From: Bacillota bacterium
GTDB taxonomy: Bacteria; Bacillota; Sulfobacillia; JBFLWA01
Direction: 5' to 3'
Assembly (NCBI GenBank): GCA_040758135.1
Contig: JBFLWA010000005.1
Location: 73,102-137,101, forward strand
DNA: 64,000 bases
Shown: positions 38,912 through 47,644 of the stretch, in pieces
Numbering within the stretch: position 1 is the stretch's first letter
Layout of the letters: each line of letters begins with the position of its first letter
The notes under the pieces: model-generated
Database searches by the model: none
What the model was told of the DNA's origin: nothing
What the model saw: only the letters and a program-made list of their open reading frames with translations
Made by a program: the position numbers and the translations under genes

Positions 38912-39145
38912 ATGAAGATTGAGGTTTTTGGCACCGGTTGCCCCAAGTGCCGGAAGACCGAGGAGACCATCGCCCAGACCATCCGCTCCCTCGGCATCGA
39001 GGCCGAAATCGTCCATATAGACAAATTGGACGATATCATCAACCGGGGGGTGATGATGACCCCGGCTGTGGCCATCGACGGCGTGATCAAGCTCGAGGGC
39101 AAGGTTCCCACCGAGCAACAGATCAGGGCCTGGTTTAGCCGGTAG
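38912..39145 (+). CDS. thioredoxin-fold redox-active disulfide protein 2 family
   Basis: 77 aa, start refined to ATG 38912 with a GGAGGT RBS. MKIEVFGTGCPKCRKTEE...AVAIDGVIKLEGKVPTEQQIRAWF; CPKC redox motif. Confidence 0.75.
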   Translation: MKIEVFGTGCPKCRKTEETIAQTIRSLGIEAEIVHIDKLDDIINRGVMMTPAVAIDGVIKLEGKVPTEQQIRAWFSR

Positions 39146-39157
39146 AGGAGGGAGATA

Positions 39158-39289
39158 ATGAAGTTCAATGTGCCGCGCGAGCAGATTCCTTGGCATCCTA
39201 CAGTCGACGCTGAGGCGTGCATTTGCCCGGTGGAAGCGGTTAAATTCCCGCCGCTGACCATATTGAAGGACTATATCACGAGGGAATGA
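39158..39289 (+). CDS. 43-aa micro-ORF resembling a degenerate mini-ferredoxin/zinc-ribbon partner of the thioredoxin-like gene
   Basis: GGAGGAGGGAGATA RBS then ATG. MKFNVPREQIPWHPTVDAEACICPVEAVKFPPLTILKDYITRE. The expected CxxCxxC pattern is degraded (CICP only), so it may be a decayed gene. Confidence 0.25.
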   Translation: MKFNVPREQIPWHPTVDAEACICPVEAVKFPPLTILKDYITRE

Positions 39290-39418
39290 AGGCAAGGAGC
39301 TGCCCCGACGAAGCGGGCGGCTCTTTTCGCGCCGGTAAAGGAACCGGCAGGCACCAGAGAAAATTGGCTCAATGCCCCTTGTTCCACAGTCTGTTACTTC
39401 AAAGGAAGGTGTTGAAAA

Positions 39419-39652
39419 ATGCTGTTCCGTCGGACCGGCTGGTGGCGCTGGCTGACCATCCCGTTGATTGGCCTCTATCTGGCCGTCCCTCCGACCGCAA
39501 TGGCTGGGACCCGGCTGACCCGGCGGGTGCTACTGGTGGTCGTTGATGGGCTGCGTTCACCCGGTAGTCACCCGCCAGTCGTCCACCTTCTCCAGATAGA
39601 TGGTCCAGGGCAGCGTGCTGCTGACCAGCGCTGGATGTATTCCTTCAGGTAG
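39419..39652 (+). pseudogene. N-terminal fragment of an alkaline-phosphatase-superfamily (phosphodiesterase/sulfatase-like) secreted enzyme
   Basis: Signal-peptide-like MLFRRTGWWRWLTIPLIGLYLAVPPTAMA followed by RRVLLVVVDGLRSPG (typical metal-ligand Asp block), then an early stop. No remainder of the enzyme. Confidence 0.3.
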
Positions 39653-39823
39653 GGCAGGGAGGCCGCGTGAAGGCGCTCGAGGCACAACTGCAAATCCGGC
39701 GAAATGAGGCCCCGGCGTACCGCTTAGGCCGCCGGTGCTTTGGACGCCTATCTGGAGGAATTGGAGAGAAACGCGTAAAGGATGTGCCGGCCACCGGGGC
39801 TGGCGGTGGGCACCAGGCGTGGC

Positions 39824-40225
39824 TTAGTGCTGTGGCTGAACTTGCGGTGATGATGCCCTGGCGATGGAAGGCTGGACACCGCGGCTCAGTTCCATAGTGG
39901 TGATCCCCCTGGCCGCAACGTCCTTTTCAATTACTCTTACAGCCACCATGGGATCCACCTGGTCTCCGCAGGTAAAGGAATCAACCGCCGCGTAGCCTAG
40001 CTCCGGCCAAGTGTGGATGGCCAGGTGGGATTCGGCCAGAATGGCCACCCCAGAGAGGCCGTGAGGATCAAAGCGGTGGACATAGACACTGATGAGTTGT
40101 GCCCCGGCCTCCTGCGCGGCGCGGCGGAGCATGCTCTCCAGGCACTCGGCGTTGTCTAGCGCCCGCTCACTGCAGAAAGTCAGTTCCGCCAGAACCTGCG
40201 AACCCAACTGGTGCTTCATGCGCAT
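39824..40225 (-). CDS. speH: S-adenosylmethionine decarboxylase proenzyme (pyruvoyl-dependent, class 1B)
   Basis: 133 aa. Processing-site region VAILAESHLAIHTWPELGYAAVDSFTCG. Confidence 0.85.
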   Translation of the reverse strand: MRMKHQLGSQVLAELTFCSERALDNAECLESMLRRAAQEAGAQLISVYVHRFDPHGLSGVAILAESHLAIHTWPELGYAAVDSFTCGDQVDPMVAVRVIEKDVAARGITTMELSRGVQPSIARASSPQVQPQH

Positions 40226-40499
40226 CCCTCCTTGTATGCCACCGGTAACGAGCTGCCAGTATTGAAACTATACCGCTGTCCTTTCTGGCTGATATTGTTC
40301 CCTACAGGCGGCCCACTCACCCGGTGTCTGTCTTCAGACGCAGGCGTTGGCTGCCACCTCACCGTATAGACAGAAGCCGGCGCCACCGATCGGCAACGTG
40401 CTTTCCTATTAGTTTTTGCGCTGACTTCTGATTGCTTCGCAGCCTATACTTGATAGAGAAAAGAGAGGTGTCAGCCAAGTCTGAAAGGCAGGTCATCTT

Positions 40500-40952
40500 G
40501 TGCAGCAGAACGCTTCCCGTGTCTACCTCTTCCTCCGCGCCATCTTTGCTCTCTCTGGGTCGATCATGTTTACAACCGACACTCTCTATTATGTATCCAT
40601 GCTCGGCCTGAACCCTCTGCAGCTGGTCCTGGCGGGGACCTTCTGCGAGCTTGCAGTAGTCCTCTCCGAGGTACCCACCGGCGTGGTCGCTGACTCGTTC
40701 AGCCGCCGCACATCGACGGTTATCGGCACCGGGATCACGGCTGCCGCTTTCCGGCTAGAGGGCAGCGTCCCCTGGCTGGGTGGGCTTCTACCCTTTTTCG
40801 TCGGAGTGGTGCTGGCCGAGGTTATCCGTGGCATCGGCCTGACTTTCATCAGCGGAGCCGACAAAGCTTGGGTAACTAAGGAAGGCGGCGGAACCGGGAC
40901 TGTGCAGAGGCTGGATATTCTGGTCTGGAATATGGGGAAACGGCCCGCCTGA
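40500..40952 (+). pseudogene. truncated MFS-type transporter (N-terminal ~150 aa only)
   Basis: Hydrophobic N-terminus with an MFS-like loop (PTGVVADSFSRRTSTVIG). The ORF ends after ~4 TM helices. Confidence 0.35.
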
Positions 40953-41184
40953 GGGGTTGGCCGCTTTCGACGCTTCAACAGACTGAGGTTGAGAGAAAAC
41001 CGCGGGCTTCTCCGCCTCTCTTTTTACCGGTGAACCAAAAGAGTTTGCTTTTGCCCCAGATCGTAGTATTATAGGTTTAACCCGTAAATAAGCATAGTGA
41101 GTTTTCATCCGTCCTCCGGTTAGGAGAGTCCGGTGAGCAATTCTCTAGCTCTGTTCGGGTAATCTCTTGGGGAGGTCGAATTGA

Positions 41185-41487
41185 TTGTATCAGGATAAGG
41201 TCATCACCTGCCGCGACTGCAACACCGAGTTTGTCTTCACCGCATCTGAACAAGAGTTCTACGCGGAAAAAGGTTTTACCAACGCACCGAGCCGGTGCCC
41301 AGATTGCCGGGCAGCGCGTAAGCAGCAGAACCGGGGAGGCGGAAACAGAGACGGCGGTCAGCGAAAGGAGATGTACGAAGTCACCTGCGCTGCCTGCGGA
41401 GTCCGCACCCAGGTGCCCTTCCGCCCGAGCAATGACCGGCCGGTATACTGCCGGGACTGCTTCAGCAAGAATAATCGGCGCTACTAG
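41185..41487 (+). CDS. small protein with two tandem CxxC...CxxC zinc-ribbon modules
   Basis: 100 aa, TTG start after GGGGAGG. VITCRDCNTEFVFTASEQEFYAEKGFTNAPSRCPDCRAARK and VTCAACGVRTQVPFRPSNDRPVYCRDCF, separated by a basic/Gly-rich linker. Confidence 0.5.
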   Translation: MYQDKVITCRDCNTEFVFTASEQEFYAEKGFTNAPSRCPDCRAARKQQNRGGGNRDGGQRKEMYEVTCAACGVRTQVPFRPSNDRPVYCRDCFSKNNRRY

Positions 41488-41737
41488 AGACCAACGAAAG
41501 TTCCCTTGCCTCGGCAGGGGATCTTTTGTTTCGCCGCAGCAGGCGGCTAAATGAAGCCGGCCTGAGACAGCCTTAAGCTCCAGTGGTTATCGCTAACTCC
41601 CGCCACAATTCCTGATGGATATTGCCACCGGACCTCGCATATGGAGACTCCCTGGGATAACAGGGAGTCTGGGCTTGACCCGCTTTCGCGGACAACACTG
41701 CACTTGGGGTGTAAAGTCCAGAAAGGGTGGGGCCAAT

Positions 41738-41850
41738 GCCGAAGAGTCATCCTCCGCATCCCGCTGAGTTCCGAGCCCGAGCCGTTGAGCTGGTACGAAC
41801 GAGCGGCAAGTCGATTCCCGAGATCGCGAGGGAACTGGCGAGGACGGCCC
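41738..41850 (+). pseudogene. N-terminal remnant of an IS3-family transposase OrfA
   Basis: ATG at 41738: MPKSHPPHPAEFRARAVELVRTSGKSIPEIARELA, then stops. Classic IS3/IS911 OrfA HTH N-terminus. Surrounding ~700 bp (41500..42290) otherwise lacks coherent ORFs. Confidence 0.5.
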
Positions 41851-42289
41851 CTGCTTTGCCATAGGTGGACCATCGGCCGCTTTTTCCGCATAGAGTCGGC
41901 CCACATCGGGATGGGCCTAGGGGGCAGGCCTCGGAGCGGAACAAATGCCCCCGAGGGCTACAGGCTCTTGGGAGCCCCGAGCAGTCCGATGGACTCCCAC
42001 TCAGCGGTAGCGCCTCAGGAATGGTATGGGCCAGAGGGACCATATAACGGACCCATGGTTTTGAACAACAACGGGTGGTATGCCACGCAAAGCAGCCTCG
42101 GCTGGGCCAATGATGGGATGGGCTTCGCTGTCGCAGTGCACATAGTGTTCACCACCATGGACCTTGGCCGTGGACCGCTGGCCTTTCCTATAGGCAATCA
42201 GACCTGGGACGTAACGGGAGTGGGTGAGACAGGCCACGCGGTTCATTGATCAGATCCGGGAGTTTCTGGACGGACGCGAGGGAAACAGC

Positions 42290-42532
42290 TAGGCGGAGAG
42301 AGCAGAGCGCAGGGAGGGGGCAGCTGGTCCGGCCTCCCGCACTGGGCAGCGCACCGGCCTCGGCCGGCAGATGGTGGAATGGCTGGTTGCCCACTGCCGG
42401 CAGAACGGGCTGAAGCGAATCTGGCTGGAGACCAACCGCAACTGGACAGGGGTAGTCGCCTTCTACCTGAACTGGTGCTTCAGCGTCTTCCGGGAGGTCC
42501 CGGATGATGTCTACCTGGAGAAAGCGATATAG
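42290..42532 (+). pseudogene. C-terminal fragment of a GNAT acetyltransferase
   Basis: In-frame translation ...TGLGRQMVEWLVAHCRQNGLKRIWLETNRNWTGVVAFYLNWCFSVFREVPDDVYLEKAI* has the GNAT motif A/B region. No N-terminal half or start codon. Confidence 0.45.
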
Positions 42533-42859
42533 AGCAAAGAGGTGCGAGAATGCTCGCACCTCTTTCTTCAGCCAGACCACTCTCCCGCGGGCAGGGATTC
42601 GATCCGGCAGTGCAGCTCAACCACTGACGGCAGCGGTTCGGGTGCTGCAACCAGGTTGGTGGAGTCATAGATGGTTCAGGCAAGCAGGATGATGACCGGA
42701 TAGATGAAGGGCGAGGGCCTTCTGTCGCTCGACATGGTTGACCTCCTCTCTCGTAAGAGTGCAGTACGGCCGCGCGGTCGGTTTATTCCGTGCCTGCTGC
42801 CGGTCGGAGGAAAGCGGCGCTGCCTGTTGAACTCTCTACCTGCGGAAGGAGGAGGCGAC

Positions 42860-43354
42860 ATGACCAAGCTCATTCTGATCGGCGGAGCCCCGGGGATCGG
42901 CAAATCCACGGTGGCCCGCCTGCTGATGAACCAACTGCCCAACAGTGCCTGGTTGGATGGGGACGATGTCTGGCGGATGAACCCGTTCCGGGTGGATGCG
43001 GTGACCACCGCCATGGTCCAGCACAATATCGCGTACGTCCTGCGTGGCTTCATCGAGGCCGGTTTCAACTACGCCATTCTCTCCTGGGTCATGCACCGCC
43101 AGATCATCATCGACCAACTGCTCGACTCCTTGCAGGGCTTTTCCTTCCAGGCCCTGGTCTGTACCCTGGTCTGCAGTCCCGCTGCTCTGGCCGAGCGGCA
43201 CCGGGGCGACCCGGCACGCAGCGATATCTCGCAACTGGCCCTGGACCGGTTGGAGCAATCGCGCCAGCTGAAGACCTTGCAGATTGATACCGATGGACTG
43301 TCAGCCGGGGAGGTGGCGGCTCGCATCAGGGCAGCGATCGCCGCCGAGTCCTGA
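42860..43354 (+). CDS. P-loop NTPase/small-molecule kinase-like protein (AAA_33/shikimate-kinase-like fold)
   Basis: Start refined to ATG 42860 with a GGAAGGAGGAGG RBS. MTKLILIGGAPGIGKSTVARLL Walker A, DGDDVWRM Walker-B-like, ~165 aa. Confidence 0.6.
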   Translation: MTKLILIGGAPGIGKSTVARLLMNQLPNSAWLDGDDVWRMNPFRVDAVTTAMVQHNIAYVLRGFIEAGFNYAILSWVMHRQIIIDQLLDSLQGFSFQALVCTLVCSPAALAERHRGDPARSDISQLALDRLEQSRQLKTLQIDTDGLSAGEVAARIRAAIAAES

Positions 43355-44067
43355 TGGCCCAGACGACGATCAGGGAGACCGACCTCTACAAACCGATACG
43401 CGACTACCTGGTGAACCAGGGCTACCTGGTGCACAGCGAGGTGCGGGGTTGTGACATCACCGCCGTGCGTGGCGACGAGCTGGTGGTGATAGAGCTGAAG
43501 CGCAACCTCTCCGTATCCCTGCTGGTGCAGGCAGTGGAGCGGCAGCGCCTCAGCGATTCGGTCTATGTGGCTGTTCCGCGGCCATCGGGCAAGGTGAAGC
43601 GCAGTCACTGGCAGGGCGTGCAGCGGCTTCTGCGCCGCCTGGAACTGGGGCTGATTACGGTCGCCTTCAGCACCCGGCGTCCCCATGTGGAGGTACTCTT
43701 CCATCCCCTGCCCTATGAGCGGAAGCGGAACTCCCGGGCTAGGCGGGCGCTGTTGCGGGAGATCGCCGGCCGCTCTCACGAATACAATCAGGGCGGCAGC
43801 ACCCGTCAGCGTATCCGCACTGCATATTGGGAAAACGTCTTTCTGGTCGCCTGCGCCCTGGCCCGGACCGGGCCTAGTTCGCCCAGCAGTCTAAAGACCA
43901 TGGGAACCGGCGAGAAGACCCAGTCCATCCTCCATTTCAACCACTACGGCTGGTTCGAGCGGGTGGAGCGGGGGATCTATGATCTGACCGCTGAGGGCCG
44001 CCGGGCAGTTCAGGCCGAGCCGGAGCTGGCGGCCGAGTTCGCGGAGCGCCTGGTCGATCCGGAATGA
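43354..44067 (+). CDS. uncharacterised protein with N-terminal PD-(D/E)xK nuclease-like fold and C-terminal winged-helix-like region
   Basis: ATG overlaps the upstream TGA (TGATG). N-terminus ...YLVHSEVRGCDITAVRGDELVVIELKRNL shows the D...(E)xK pattern of restriction-endonuclease-like folds. C-terminus ...HFNHYGWFERVERGIYDLTAEGRRAV looks wHTH-like. Confidence 0.5.
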   Translation: MAQTTIRETDLYKPIRDYLVNQGYLVHSEVRGCDITAVRGDELVVIELKRNLSVSLLVQAVERQRLSDSVYVAVPRPSGKVKRSHWQGVQRLLRRLELGLITVAFSTRRPHVEVLFHPLPYERKRNSRARRALLREIAGRSHEYNQGGSTRQRIRTAYWENVFLVACALARTGPSSPSSLKTMGTGEKTQSILHFNHYGWFERVERGIYDLTAEGRRAVQAEPELAAEFAERLVDPE

Positions 44068-44099
44068 TCTCTGCTCGAGCCAGGAGGTAATCTGGTCCA

Positions 44100-44359
44100 G
44101 TGGCTTGCGGGGTCGGACGTCCCTCGGCCGCGTAGCCGATAGACACCGCAGCGATCAGCTCATCCTTGCGCCCCAGCCACTCGGCGATCAGCAGTTCGGC
44201 CACAAAGATATCGCAGATCCAGAGCGTCTCCAGCCCCATTTCCGGGCTGGAATCGGGGTTGTGGGTCAGGATGCAGACCGGAGCCTGCTCGATGAAGTTC
44301 ACTGACCACTCGGCACAGCGCTGAAGGCCATGATGCCGTGGGGGTACTAAAGGGCTCAC
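44100..44359 (-). pseudogene. nitroreductase-family C-terminal-like fragment
   Basis: Minus-strand ORF starting 9 nt after the rlmH stop: ...EQAPVCILTHNPDSSPEMGLETLWICDIFVAELLIAEWLGRKDELIAAVSIGYAAEGRP (IGY..E is the typical nitroreductase C-terminal block). It lacks an N-terminal half and runs into the convergent gene 43354..44067. Confidence 0.25.
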
Positions 44360-44367
44360 GTTCGCCG

Positions 44368-44844
44368 CTAGCGATGATACGGCTCCCCCCGCCGTATCCG
44401 TATCGCCCTATATACCTGCTCCAGCAGAATCACCCGCACCAGCTGGTGCGGAAACGTCATCCTCCCCAGCGATAGCCTCAGGTCCGCCCGCTTCCGTACA
44501 TTGTCCCCCAGCCCCGTCGCGCCGCCGATGACGAAGGCCACCTTGCTCCGCCCGGTCACCGCTAGCCGGTCTAGGTAGGCCGCGAACTCCTCCGATCCCA
44601 TCTCCTCACCGCCCAAATCCAGGGCGATGACGAAGGTTCCCTCCCCGACCTTCCGCAGGATGCTCTCTCCCTCCGCCTCGCGCACTGCCGCCTCCTCGGC
44701 CGGGCTGTATGCGGGCACCGGCAAGTCCGGCACCTCGGTGACCTGCACCCGGGCATAGGGGGCCAGACGCTTCAGATACTCGTCACAAGCCGCCTTCAGG
44801 TACTTCTCCTTCAATCTCCCGGTGGCAATGATCTCGATCTGCAT
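44368..44844 (-). CDS. rlmH: 23S rRNA (pseudouridine1915-N3)-methyltransferase RlmH
   Basis: Start refined to ATG 44844 (MQIEIIATGRLKEKYLKAACDEYLKRL...), 159 aa SPOUT fold. Confidence 0.85.
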   Translation of the reverse strand: MQIEIIATGRLKEKYLKAACDEYLKRLAPYARVQVTEVPDLPVPAYSPAEEAAVREAEGESILRKVGEGTFVIALDLGGEEMGSEEFAAYLDRLAVTGRSKVAFVIGGATGLGDNVRKRADLRLSLGRMTFPHQLVRVILLEQVYRAIRIRRGEPYHR

Positions 44845-45099
44845 ATCCCTCTTCCTCTCCCTGGTCGCGTAAAAGCACCGGCTGAGCCGGTGCCCTGCCC
44901 CTACACTACCAGATACTTGGGTGGCTTGTCGCAAAACTCGCAGGTGCACGGTGCCGTCCACTCACTGAAGTAGAGGTCAGCCAGGAGGTAGATATCGGGC
45001 GCCTGGTCCTCGTAGACTTCGAGGAAGGCATCGATCGCCTCCTCTAGATGTTCCTTGCAGACCACATACACGCCCTCTCCCCCCTTTGCGTCGACTTGG

Positions 45100-45906
45100 C
45101 TAGATGGGCAGCATCCGGCGCTGCCGCCGGTCGAACCCGACGACTTCAGTATATCCGGCCGCGCGAGCTAGTTCAACTGCCCGGTCGAGATCACGGCCAG
45201 CATCTGCCGGCTCGTGAGCGTCGGAACCCAGAGTAATGGGGATACCGAGATGCCGCGCCCGGGACAGGAGCGCAGGTGCGGGGTAGATCTCTCCCACTGG
45301 CTTCCGTATCCCGGCCGTATTGATCTCCAGGGCTATACCGGCTGTAGCTACCGCCTGCAGCGCTTCCTCTACTGCCTCCTCCACCGGCTCGGTTGGCCGG
45401 TAACCATAGATCTTGATCAGGTCCGGGTGGGCCAGGCTGTCGAAGAGACCGCTCCGGGCCGCCTGGGCCAGCAACTGGTAATACTCGCGGTAGCTGGCCT
45501 CGACATCGCGCCCGTCCCACTCGAAAATGTTGCGGGGATCATCGAACCCCCAGTCCCCCAGCCAGTGGACGGAGCCCAGGATATAGTCAAAGGGGTAGGC
45601 CGACAGAAACTCTCTGGTCGTCTCACACCATGGGGCCACGAAGTCGACTTCGATGCCGATGCGGATGGGGTAGCCCTCGTCCCGCAACCCCTGCAGAAGG
45701 GCGAAGTAACCGTCGATATCCTCCAGGTCCCGCTCCTTCCAGTGGTTGCAGCGCAGGTGTCCGGCCTCCCGGAAACGGTCGAAGTGCTCTGAGAAGCCAA
45801 ACTCCTGTACGCCCCGTGCCCCGCCCTGGTCGATGAAGCGCAGCGCCCACTCCGGGGTTAGTGGTCCCCGTTCCAGGTGCTGGTGGTAGTCTATGGGAAT
45901 TTTCAT
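45100..45906 (-). CDS. PHP-family metal-dependent phosphoesterase (histidinol-phosphatase HisJ-like)
   Basis: 268 aa. MKIPIDYHQHLERG...; conserved His/Asp clusters of the PHP domain (GSVHWLGDWGFD, LGSDAHEPAD). Confidence 0.7.
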   Translation of the reverse strand: MKIPIDYHQHLERGPLTPEWALRFIDQGGARGVQEFGFSEHFDRFREAGHLRCNHWKERDLEDIDGYFALLQGLRDEGYPIRIGIEVDFVAPWCETTREFLSAYPFDYILGSVHWLGDWGFDDPRNIFEWDGRDVEASYREYYQLLAQAARSGLFDSLAHPDLIKIYGYRPTEPVEEAVEEALQAVATAGIALEINTAGIRKPVGEIYPAPALLSRARHLGIPITLGSDAHEPADAGRDLDRAVELARAAGYTEVVGFDRRQRRMLPI

Positions 45907-47069
45907 CGGTTCAGACTTTCAGGGATCTCGGAGAGGGTAGCCTGGAATGTGCGTTCCCGGCCGCTGCGCACGATGACTACGCTCACCCGGTCGCCCGGCT
46001 TCTTTGTATCCAGCACGGCCCGGAGCTCTTCCACCGTGTTCACTGCCTGACCGTCAATGGTCAAGATGATATCCCCCGGGCGGACCCCTGCTGCCGCCGC
46101 CGGGCTACCGGTGATGACCTCACCCACATAGAGGCCTTTGGCAATCTGGATATTGTACCGGGCCGCGGTCGCTTTGTCCATCACCGCTACACCCAGCCAC
46201 GGGCGAATCACCCGACCGTACTGGACTAGTTGGTTGACGATGGTGCGGACTGTATTAATGGGAATGGCGAAACCCAGCCCTTCCCGATCGGCCCCCTGCA
46301 GCTTCAGGGTATTGATGCCAATAACTTCTCCCCGGGCGTTGCAGAGGGGGCCTCCGCTATTACCTGGATTAATGGCGGCATCGGTCTGGATCAGGTTGAA
46401 GGTGCGCTCACCGTAACTTAGCTTGCGGTTGAGGCCGCTGATGATCCCAGCAGTTACTGTCCGCTGGAACTCCACAATGTCAATGGGGTTGCCAATGGCC
46501 ACCGCCAACTCGCCGACCCGGACGGCATCAGAGTTGCCGAAGGTCGCCACCGGCAGGTTAGCCGCGTTAACCTTGATAACCGCGAGGTCGGTAGCCTTGT
46601 CAGCCCCTACTACCTGGGCGGGCAGGCGCTGTCCGTCGGCCAGCAGGACAATTAGCTCTGAGGCGCCCTCGATGACATGGTTATTGGTGACTATATAACC
46701 ATTGGAGTCGAAGATAACGCCGGTGCCGCCGGAAATCCGCTCATAGGTTCGGCCGAGGAGATCCCGGGCGTAGCTTTTGTTGATGATCCCCACCACCGCC
46801 GGGGCCACCCGTTCCGAGACATAGGCGGCTGCGGTCTCAGCGGAGCCCGGTGCGGTCGGAGTCCCGACCCCTTGACCTGACGGTGGCTCATAGAGGTAGG
46901 GGCGCCGACCCTGAAAGATAGGCATATAGGTGAACATCGCGCCCACCAGCAATCCACCGATGATAGCACTGACCAGCGCGACAAGAGCATACGAAGGGTA
47001 GCTGCGGTTACGACGGGTATCCCGGTGTCCCCGGAAAACCTCGTAGTCTGGCCGAAAGAACTCGTCCAT
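45903..47069 (-). CDS. htrA: HtrA/DegP-family serine protease with C-terminal PDZ domain
   Basis: Start refined to ATG 47069 (MDEFFRPDYE...) with an AAGGAGAGGAG RBS. N-terminal TM segment; trypsin-like catalytic GNSGGPL; PDZ domain. Confidence 0.85.
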   Translation of the reverse strand: MDEFFRPDYEVFRGHRDTRRNRSYPSYALVALVSAIIGGLLVGAMFTYMPIFQGRRPYLYEPPSGQGVGTPTAPGSAETAAAYVSERVAPAVVGIINKSYARDLLGRTYERISGGTGVIFDSNGYIVTNNHVIEGASELIVLLADGQRLPAQVVGADKATDLAVIKVNAANLPVATFGNSDAVRVGELAVAIGNPIDIVEFQRTVTAGIISGLNRKLSYGERTFNLIQTDAAINPGNSGGPLCNARGEVIGINTLKLQGADREGLGFAIPINTVRTIVNQLVQYGRVIRPWLGVAVMDKATAARYNIQIAKGLYVGEVITGSPAAAAGVRPGDIILTIDGQAVNTVEELRAVLDTKKPGDRVSVVIVRSGRERTFQATLSEIPESLNR

Positions 47070-47221
47070 GGTCTCCTCTCCTTTTCTCAGTATTCGATAG
47101 TCTTCCCTAACTGCAATTATAGCCAACGGCCAGACCAAAGCTCAATAGATACTGCAGGCTTCTCGGAGGACGAGACCGCGCCGAGGGGGCCCGCCTACGG
47201 CGATGCCCCCTCTTCATTGGC

Positions 47222-47632
47222 TTAACCAATGTAGATGTCGTCTTCGTTTACCGCATCATCGCTGGCCAGCACCAGTCCTACGGGCCCGCTGAATTCCGGC
47301 GAGTCAACCACCTTGAAGCGAAGCTTCCGCTCGGCGGCCTGGCGCATGTACTTGGCGCCCTCTTCGATCAGGTCTCCCCTGAGGAAGACGATCTTGGCCC
47401 GGTGGTCATCCATGGCTCGCAAGAATACGGGGGAAATTACCTTGTCCCGCACCTGGTCCCGACTGAGGACCTTGACCACCCGTTCCCGGAACTGGCCCAG
47501 GAAGGCACTGCGCTCGCCTCGCCGCAGCTCCGGCACCTGCCCCAGACTGGCCTGGGTCGTCTTCTCCAGTTCGGTCTGGCGGTTGAACTTCTGGATGACT
47601 CCCTGCTCTAGGTCTCTCTGCTCCTCGCCCAT
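47222..47632 (-). CDS. hypothetical protein (possibly DUF1934-like)
   Basis: 136 aa soluble protein immediately downstream of atpC. Family assignment from memory only. Confidence 0.3.
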   Translation of the reverse strand: MGEEQRDLEQGVIQKFNRQTELEKTTQASLGQVPELRRGERSAFLGQFRERVVKVLSRDQVRDKVISPVFLRAMDDHRAKIVFLRGDLIEEGAKYMRQAAERKLRFKVVDSPEFSGPVGLVLASDDAVNEDDIYIG

Positions 47633-47644
47633 ACTGCCACCTCG

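Noticed and set aside
39667-39897. 76-aa plus-strand ORF upstream of speH
   Set aside because: Overlaps the speH C-terminus on the opposite strand; no RBS or similarity.
42001-42246. 81-aa minus-strand ORF in the decayed region
   Set aside because: No RBS and no recognisable domain. It lies in the stretch adjoining the IS3 OrfA remnant and is probably a chance ORF in degraded mobile-element DNA.
43937-44359. Full 140-aa extent of the minus-strand ORF
   Set aside because: Beyond ~44100 it overlaps the better-supported convergent gene (43354..44067) and becomes low-complexity (PAPARPELPGGPQR...). Only the nitroreductase-like N-terminal ~85 codons were retained, as a fragment.
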